A DNA stretch of 64,000 bases from Gammaproteobacteria bacterium (GTDB lineage Bacteria; Pseudomonadota; Gammaproteobacteria; JAKDMP01), in assembly GCA_027018875.1 (NCBI GenBank), contig JALUYA010000003.1:13665-77664 (forward strand). The letters run 5' to 3'. Below are positions 58,129-64,000 of this stretch, in pieces. The first letter of the stretch is position 1; every line of letters begins with the position of its first letter. The notes beneath the pieces were generated by a model that had not been told where the DNA came from, made no database searches, and saw nothing but the letters and a program-made list of their open reading frames with translations. A program made the translations under genes and the position numbers.

Positions 58129-58851
58129 TCAGGGTGGCATTTTCGTGTTCACTGTGTGAATCGGATGCGCCTTCGCTCGATACTCCGTAATCCGCGCCTC
58201 GATCTCATCCAGGCTACCGACGGTCAGGGTGGGATCGATCTCCCAAGGATCAAAGACAACCTCATTGGAACGCCGAACCCAGACGGCTTTCATTCCTGCG
58301 GAAATTGCCCCGATGACATCGAATGGATTGCTGGAGACCAGCCATGCAGTAAGGCCGGATGCTCCCGACCGGCTCAAAAAATAGGCATAAACACCAGGAT
58401 CCGGTTTAAATGTTCGCAGGTCATCGACACTGACGATCCCCCGAAACAAGTCCCTGATTCCTCCCCGGATCAGTAGCGTCTCGACCGCATCGGCGCGGCC
58501 GTTGGAAAATGCATACAACTGGAAATCAGCGGCCCGCAACCGGGTTAAACTTTCTTTGACATCGGCAAAAAGGGGCAGGGTACGATAGCCGTCAAGCAGT
58601 TCCTTTTTTTGCCCCTTGGTAAGCGACACCTTGTAGTGCATACAGGTGTAATCGAGCGCATTGCCGGTACAGACGGCAAAGTTTTCGTAATTCCGCATCA
58701 ACCCCCGGCGAAAAGAGTATTCCAGTTGCTTATCGCGCCAGGTTTGTGCAAATTTTCCAGCCTTGTCGCCAACAATTTCCGATAAAGCCGCAACGACTCC
58801 CCGGGTATCGATCAATGTGCCATACACATCAAATGCCAGAGTGATGGACAT
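58129..58851 (-). CDS. haloacid dehalogenase, type II (L-2-haloacid dehalogenase-like)
   Basis: ATG at 58851. AFDVYGTLID, WRDKQLEYSFRRGLM, FSNG, FKPDPGVY, VSSNPFDVIGA, colinear with L-DEX motifs recalled from memory. Confidence 0.85.
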   Translation of the reverse strand: MSITLAFDVYGTLIDTRGVVAALSEIVGDKAGKFAQTWRDKQLEYSFRRGLMRNYENFAVCTGNALDYTCMHYKVSLTKGQKKELLDGYRTLPLFADVKESLTRLRAADFQLYAFSNGRADAVETLLIRGGIRDLFRGIVSVDDLRTFKPDPGVYAYFLSRSGASGLTAWLVSSNPFDVIGAISAGMKAVWVRRSNEVVFDPWEIDPTLTVGSLDEIEARITEYRAKAHPIHTVNTKMPP

Positions 58852-59238
58852 TCTCATTCTCCTGCATCCCGGAAATTTATCGGGTCCGGAGCCGGTTCCC
58901 GCACAATTAGACACATCATGCCGGCCATCGTTCAGGCCCAGCCGCAAACTCAAGTGTATAGCAATCGGACCCGCCATGATATCCGCCGCTATAGGCCATT
59001 GATACACAACAATATTTACCAGATCCTGTGCCATGTGACCAAGGGTTTCGGGGCAAATCCGGCCCCCCGTTTTTCCCGGATCTTCCCCCATCCACGATTC
59101 CCTCCGACAGCAACTCCGGAAAAAACGGCAACCCCGTATCGAACCGGCGTTATCCCCCACAAACCGATCTTAATCTACCGGCAAGTATAAAATTGTTTAT
59201 ATTGTCATCATTCGCAAAACAGGGGAGTTAAAAACCCA

Positions 59239-61131
59239 ATGGGTACGAACCCACCCCAACCCGACCCGAACCTGGAGTCCATTGCCCGGCGGCTCCAGGA
59301 TCACCGGGTTCCCAGCCCCTCCGGCGTGGCGCTTTCGCTTATCCGCCTGGCGGGGCGCAACGACGTGGAAATCAACGAGGCCGCCGCCGTACTCAAACGC
59401 GATCCCTCCCTGACCGCAAAAATCATTCAACTGTCCAACTCGCCGCTCTATATCGGTCGGCGACCGATATTGGCCGTTGAAGATGCAATTGTCAGGGTGG
59501 GTTTGAACGTCCTGTCCCAGTTGGCCGTCGGCATCTCGCTGCTCTCTTCGCGCCACCAGCCCTGCACCGGATTCGATTTGAAACACTTCTGGACCCGATC
59601 CCTAGCCATGGCGCTCTCGGCCCAGACCATCGCCCGGCGCGCGGGCGGATTCTCGCCGGCCGAGATGTTCACCCTGGGTCTGCTGCTCGAATTCGGTCGC
59701 CTGGCCATGGCCTGTGCCTACCCCGACCTGTATCAAGATGTAATGGCAAAAACCGCGGGCAAAGGCAATGCCGCGCTACTGGCGGAAGAGCGCCGGGTTT
59801 TCGATTTCGACCATCACCTGGCCAGTGCGGCCCTGCTGAGAGAATGGGGTTTTCCCCAGCCTTTTATTCTGGCCATCACTTCCACCGAAAAGGGGGGCGA
59901 ACTGCTCAGCAGCCACCGCCTGGCGCGGCTGTCGCAGTTGACCGATCTGAGCCGCCGAATCGGGGACCTTGCCGACGATCAGAACTCTCCGCAGGTCTTG
60001 GCCGAAGCCCTGGATCTAATTCCCCGGTTGGATCTCGATGCAGATGCGTTCCAGGAGATCCTTGAGGAAGTCTCTACGCAATGGCCCAGTTGGTGCCATT
60101 TGCTGGGATTGGAGATCGACCAGGGCAAGCCCGCGCGGGAACTGGAAAAACTGCGCGAACACATCATGAACCCCACGCCGAGTGCCGACCCCCCCCTGAA
60201 CGTCCTGTTGCTGACCACGGATACCAACCTGACCGCTATCGTTCGCAAGGCTTTGGCCGCAGAATCCTGCAAACTGATTCAAGTCACCACGATCGAATCG
60301 ATCATTGCCCCGGGCGCCGACCTGGATCCGGCGGTCGTCATCATCGACCCTCCCACGGCCTCCCTGGAAGAGATCATTTCAATAATTCGGTCGCTGCGCA
60401 TCGCCCTGGGTGCCCGCGTTTATCTCATTCTCCTCGACGGCAAGGAATCTATTGAAGTACAAGCGCTTCGAGAAGGCGTGGACAGCGTCCTGCAGACCCC
60501 GTTGCAGCCGGCCTTGCTGGTATCGCGGGTCCAGGCCGCAGCCCGCGTTGCCGGCCAGATGCGGCGCCTGGAACAAAACCGCTTGCGCAGCGAACAGACC
60601 CGCCGACAACTCACCGCGCTGAGCCGGGAGTTGGAACACGAGGCGATGACCGATGTGCTGACCGGACTTCCCAACCGCCGCTATGCCAACGAGTTCATCA
60701 ATAATATCTGGGGGGGCGCCGAACGCCATGGCACCGCCCTGTCATGCATGATCGTCGACCTGGATCACTTCAAAAAAATCAACGATACACAAGGGCACGA
60801 CATAGGCGACCAGATCCTGCGACTTACCGCCGACCTGCTGCGAACCAAGACCCGCCCCGGCGATGCGGTCTGCCGCTATGGTGGAGATGAATTTCTCATC
60901 ATCTGCCCGCAGACCGACCTGGTAGCCAGCACCGGGCTCGCGGTGCGCCTGCGCGATACCTTCGAAAACCATGTCGGCGACCACCCGGCGGTCACAATCA
61001 GCGTGGGAATCGCGGAACGCAATGCAGCCCTCATGTCCAAGCCGGACGATCTGATTCATGCCGCCGATCGTGCCCTGTTGCGGGCGAAACACTCGGGCCA
61101 CAACCGCGTTGCGGTCGATGATCACGAGTAA
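59239..61131 (+). CDS. HDOD domain / degenerate receiver / GGDEF diguanylate cyclase
   Basis: N-terminal HDOD-like region, a central receiver-like segment lacking the acidic pocket and Lys, and a C-terminal GGDEF (RYGGDEFLI) with an upstream RxxD-type site. Confidence 0.85.
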   Translation: MGTNPPQPDPNLESIARRLQDHRVPSPSGVALSLIRLAGRNDVEINEAAAVLKRDPSLTAKIIQLSNSPLYIGRRPILAVEDAIVRVGLNVLSQLAVGISLLSSRHQPCTGFDLKHFWTRSLAMALSAQTIARRAGGFSPAEMFTLGLLLEFGRLAMACAYPDLYQDVMAKTAGKGNAALLAEERRVFDFDHHLASAALLREWGFPQPFILAITSTEKGGELLSSHRLARLSQLTDLSRRIGDLADDQNSPQVLAEALDLIPRLDLDADAFQEILEEVSTQWPSWCHLLGLEIDQGKPARELEKLREHIMNPTPSADPPLNVLLLTTDTNLTAIVRKALAAESCKLIQVTTIESIIAPGADLDPAVVIIDPPTASLEEIISIIRSLRIALGARVYLILLDGKESIEVQALREGVDSVLQTPLQPALLVSRVQAAARVAGQMRRLEQNRLRSEQTRRQLTALSRELEHEAMTDVLTGLPNRRYANEFINNIWGGAERHGTALSCMIVDLDHFKKINDTQGHDIGDQILRLTADLLRTKTRPGDAVCRYGGDEFLIICPQTDLVASTGLAVRLRDTFENHVGDHPAVTISVGIAERNAALMSKPDDLIHAADRALLRAKHSGHNRVAVDDHE

Positions 61132-61171
61132 CGACGGCCGAATGACCTTCCTGCCCGGTTCCTGAGTCCGC

Positions 61172-61912
61172 ATGCCGCGGCAGACACCTGTTTTGATCGT
61201 CGATTTCGACAGTACCTGGGTTGCGGTCGAATCACTGGAAGTACTGGGGACGATCGCCCTTGCCGAAAATCCGCAGCGCCGGCGGGTGCTGGCCGAAATC
61301 GCCCGGCTGACCACGGCGGCCATGAACCACCGGCTGGATCTACACGAAGCGCTGTGCCGCCGCCTCACCCTGCTGCGGGCCGAACGATCCCATCTTCCAC
61401 TGCTGATCAGGCGGCTCCGGCACAATATCTCCGCCTCATTCCGCCGCAATCGGGAACCGATACGGGCCATGGCCGACCGACTGTATGTGCTCAGCGCCGG
61501 ATTTCACGAATTCATCGACCCGATCGTAGCGGACTTCGGCATTCCACCCGAACGGGTGTTTGCCAACCGCATGCGCTTCGCGGGAAACCGCATTATCGGG
61601 CTGGAAGAAGACAACCCGCTTGCCGCCAATGGCGGCAAGGTCAGCGTGGTACGCCGGCTGGGTCTGGATGGACCCGCCTATGCCCTGGGCGACGCCATGA
61701 CCGACCTCGAGTTGGAGCTGAGTGGCGTCGTCCTGCGCTGCTTCATCTCGACCGAAAATGTCCGCCGGGAAGCCGTGCTGAACGCCGGAGGATGGCCGGT
61801 CGCGGGACTCGACGAGGTACTCGCCACCCTCCGATCGCTGCACCCGGAATCCGGCACAGGCTCGCGCGGGAACACCCCCGGAAAAATAGCCAGCCCCATC
61901 CGCGGCGGGTGA
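61172..61912 (+). CDS. HAD-IB family hydrolase (phosphoserine phosphatase-like)
   Basis: DFDST nucleophile motif, SAGF, GDAMTD. Confidence 0.75.
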   Translation: MPRQTPVLIVDFDSTWVAVESLEVLGTIALAENPQRRRVLAEIARLTTAAMNHRLDLHEALCRRLTLLRAERSHLPLLIRRLRHNISASFRRNREPIRAMADRLYVLSAGFHEFIDPIVADFGIPPERVFANRMRFAGNRIIGLEEDNPLAANGGKVSVVRRLGLDGPAYALGDAMTDLELELSGVVLRCFISTENVRREAVLNAGGWPVAGLDEVLATLRSLHPESGTGSRGNTPGKIASPIRGG

Positions 61913-61917
61913 TGAAT

Positions 61918-63084
61918 TCAGAACCAGCCGAGCACCGTATCCCGCAACCACGGCCACAGCCCTCCCCGGGGGACCGCCTTGAGCGCAACGAGAGATGCCG
62001 CGGCAAGTGTTTTTCCGCCGTAGGATACCGTCACCTTGCCCAGTGGCTGTCCCTGCCGGATCGGGGCCGGTGGACGCGATTCGATGTTACTCTTGATACT
62101 CAGCCCCCGGAACCGCCCCACGGCCACGGTCACGTAGAGCGGCTTGACCAAGCCCGCCGCGACGAATTTTCCGGCGCCCTTCCAAACCCGAGCGTGCGCC
62201 AGCGGCGCCTCCGCCCGATACAAAAGGTGGGTCCGATAAAAGCGGAACCCGTAATCGAGCAGCGAATCATTCACCTGAGCCAAGTGGCGATAATTTTCCA
62301 TCAGCCGCGTCCGGGATACCTTCGCCACCCCCATCACTACGGCAATCCGGCGCTGATCACCCCGCTTGGCCGATGCCACCAGGCAATACCCCGCATTTTG
62401 CGTGTAGCCCGTCTTGAGGCCATCGACCGTGGGATCGAGCCACAAGAGCTTGTTCCAGTTGGTTTGATGAATTCCATTCCAGGTAAAGTTTTTCTCGGAG
62501 AAATAGTGGTAATAGCGGGGAAACCGGCGAATGATCGCCCGCGCCAGAACCGCCAGATCCCGCGCCGAGGTGTAATGGCCGGCCTGTGGCAGCCCGGTGG
62601 GATTCCGATAATGGGTATTGGTCATTCCCAGTGCCTTGGCGTCGCTGTTCATCATGCTGACAAATCCCACCTCGGTGCCGGCGACACATTGGGCCAGTGC
62701 CATGGCGGCATCATTTCCGGAAGGCACCAGCAAGCCCTGAAGCAGATTGTTTACGCTGACTCGTTTGCCCGGATTCAGAAACATCCGCGAACCGATCTGC
62801 CGCCAGGCCTTGCGACTGACCCGGCAGCGGGTCTGGAGGCTGATCCGCCCCGCGGCGAGATCCTGAAACACGACATAGGCGGTCATGAGCTTGGTCGTGC
62901 TCGCCGGCGCCCGATGCTGATTCGGCGATTTTTCAGCCAAAATACGCCCGGTTTGGGCATCCATAAGCACGTAGGCCGCGGCGGCGATCGCCGGTGGAGG
63001 CGGCACCGGGACGCCCAGGGCAAACGCATGGGTTCCCAGCAACAACACCCAGAGTAAAACAAACCAACGCTTCATGGACAACAT
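61918..63084 (-). CDS. serine-type D-Ala-D-Ala carboxypeptidase (PBP5/6 family)
   Basis: Signal peptide, STTKLMT (SxxK), SGND, KTGYT. Confidence 0.9.
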   Translation of the reverse strand: MLSMKRWFVLLWVLLLGTHAFALGVPVPPPPAIAAAAYVLMDAQTGRILAEKSPNQHRAPASTTKLMTAYVVFQDLAAGRISLQTRCRVSRKAWRQIGSRMFLNPGKRVSVNNLLQGLLVPSGNDAAMALAQCVAGTEVGFVSMMNSDAKALGMTNTHYRNPTGLPQAGHYTSARDLAVLARAIIRRFPRYYHYFSEKNFTWNGIHQTNWNKLLWLDPTVDGLKTGYTQNAGYCLVASAKRGDQRRIAVVMGVAKVSRTRLMENYRHLAQVNDSLLDYGFRFYRTHLLYRAEAPLAHARVWKGAGKFVAAGLVKPLYVTVAVGRFRGLSIKSNIESRPPAPIRQGQPLGKVTVSYGGKTLAAASLVALKAVPRGGLWPWLRDTVLGWF

Positions 63085-63692
63085 CCTGTCTTCTTAATCG
63101 GCGTATTGTACCGACCATTTTCCTTGCCCGGGGCTTGCCCCAAGCCGGGACACCTACACAAGGCCTGTTCCTGCGATTCAGACACGGCGAAAACCAAGGG
63201 GGAGACCCGCCCAAGCCCCTGCACTGGATGATCTCCCCACTCATTTTTCACCCTTGATCGCGCTCGGCTGGCCGCTCCGCCCGGTTCCATGGGCACAAAA
63301 ACCGCCCACGATATCGGCACTCGCTCGGTTGAGGTTGCGCCTTTCCCGGCGTTTGGCCGGCCCCGTGCCACCCCCATCGCCCGACCCGCTTTACCACCAG
63401 CCCGAGATATGCCGCCGGCCAGGGGGGCTTTAAGATAACAGGCGACTCAGGGAAAGCAGCCGATCAATTGTCTTCCCGACGCGCATCAGCCGCATTCACC
63501 ACCAACTGGTGCGGCGAGGGGCGGCGACCCTGGATCGGGCCCGCCATGCACGCGGCGCCGGGCGCATCTGACCCATTTCCGGGTACCGTTGCCCGCTGGC
63601 GCATGAAGCACATCATCCTGCCGGACCCGGTCTTTCCGCCTGCGGCGGCCATCCCACCGGAACCGCGAACCAACCGCGGATGACGGAACCGA

Positions 63693-64000
63693 CTAACCGA
63701 AGCGCCCGGTGATGTAATCCTCGGTTTCCTTCACCGCCGGGTTGGTGAATATCGTATCGGTATCGTTGAACTCGACCAATCTGCCAAGATACATAAAAGC
63801 GGTGTAATCCGACACCCGCGCCGCCTGCTGCATATTGTGTGTCACGATCACGATGGTGTAGTCCTCGCGCAATTCGTGTACCAGCTCCTCGATTTTGAGT
63901 GTTGAGATCGGATCCAATGACGAAGCGGGTTCATCCAGTAATATGACCTCGGGCTTGACCGCTATGGCCCGGGCAATACACAACCGCTGCTGCTGACCAC
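63693..64000 (-). CDS. pstB: phosphate ABC transporter ATP-binding protein PstB (3' part; gene runs off the window)
   Basis: Walker B/D-loop [12 protein letters not shown] and the characteristic C-terminus ...EDYITGRFG. The frame stays open to the window edge. Confidence 0.9.
   Translation of the reverse strand, partial: GQQQRLCIARAIAVKPEVILLDEPASSLDPISTLKIEELVHELREDYTIVIVTHNMQQAARVSDYTAFMYLGRLVEFNDTDTIFTNPAVKETEDYITGRFG

Noticed and set aside
63464-63673. 69-aa ORF in the pstB-downstream gap, as a possible phoU remnant.
   Set aside because: No similarity to PhoU helices. The composition looks like an off-frame artefact.
1-64000. Scan for CRISPR arrays, tRNA/rRNA genes, IS elements, integrases, toxin-antitoxin pairs or known defence-system hallmarks.
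   Set aside because: By eye I found no spaced direct repeats, no T-loop (GGTTCGAATCC-like) motif in an intergenic region, and no transposase- or integrase-like ORF. A visual scan can miss short or degenerate elements, so a computational scan is still warranted.

Overview
High-GC chromosomal segment of gammaproteobacterial type. The assignment rests on synteny: rsmI divergent from lpoA-yraN-diaA, hemL-thiE-thiD, recQ, pdxH, pstB. I call about 60 protein-coding genes, many translationally coupled by ATGA-type overlaps. I saw no rRNA, tRNA, CRISPR array, integrase or transposase. Most of the window is housekeeping or transport: a Znu/Mnt-type metal ABC importer, a NodIJ-like ABC-2 exporter, a MacAB-like efflux system, an APC permease, thiamine and heme steps, RecQ and a PBP5/6 carboxypeptidase. 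Three stretches look clearly lower in GC than their flanks and carry the accessory content. Hand counts of a few 60-nt samples gave about 40-55% in these stretches against about 65-70% in the flanks; this needs proper computation. (1) 16.4-23.2 kb: rubredoxin, a long structured leader, then a tight four-gene operon. The operon encodes an unrecognised 606-aa Rossmann protein, an IorAB-type 2-oxoacid oxidoreductase with no ferredoxin domain, and a domain-permuted ADP-forming acyl-CoA synthetase. This is my best candidate for an undescribed system. (2) 35.5-37.3 kb: an atypical SQR/NDH-2-like flavoprotein plus a Cys-motif mini-protein. (3) 56.1-58.9 kb: type II haloacid dehalogenase, aldehyde dehydrogenase and DUF779. 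Other points of interest are a coupled small-protein/GMC oxidoreductase/ThDP-enzyme operon behind a Wzx-like flippase; a Cpx-like two-component module with a very Met-rich CpxP-like protein and a GTAAC-N5-GTAAC box; a chromosomal TraT homologue; an EXLDI-like protein with an odd insertion; and two tandem small membrane paralogues joined to the APC permease through a C5 homopolymer. All family assignments come from motif recognition and memory, not from database searches.
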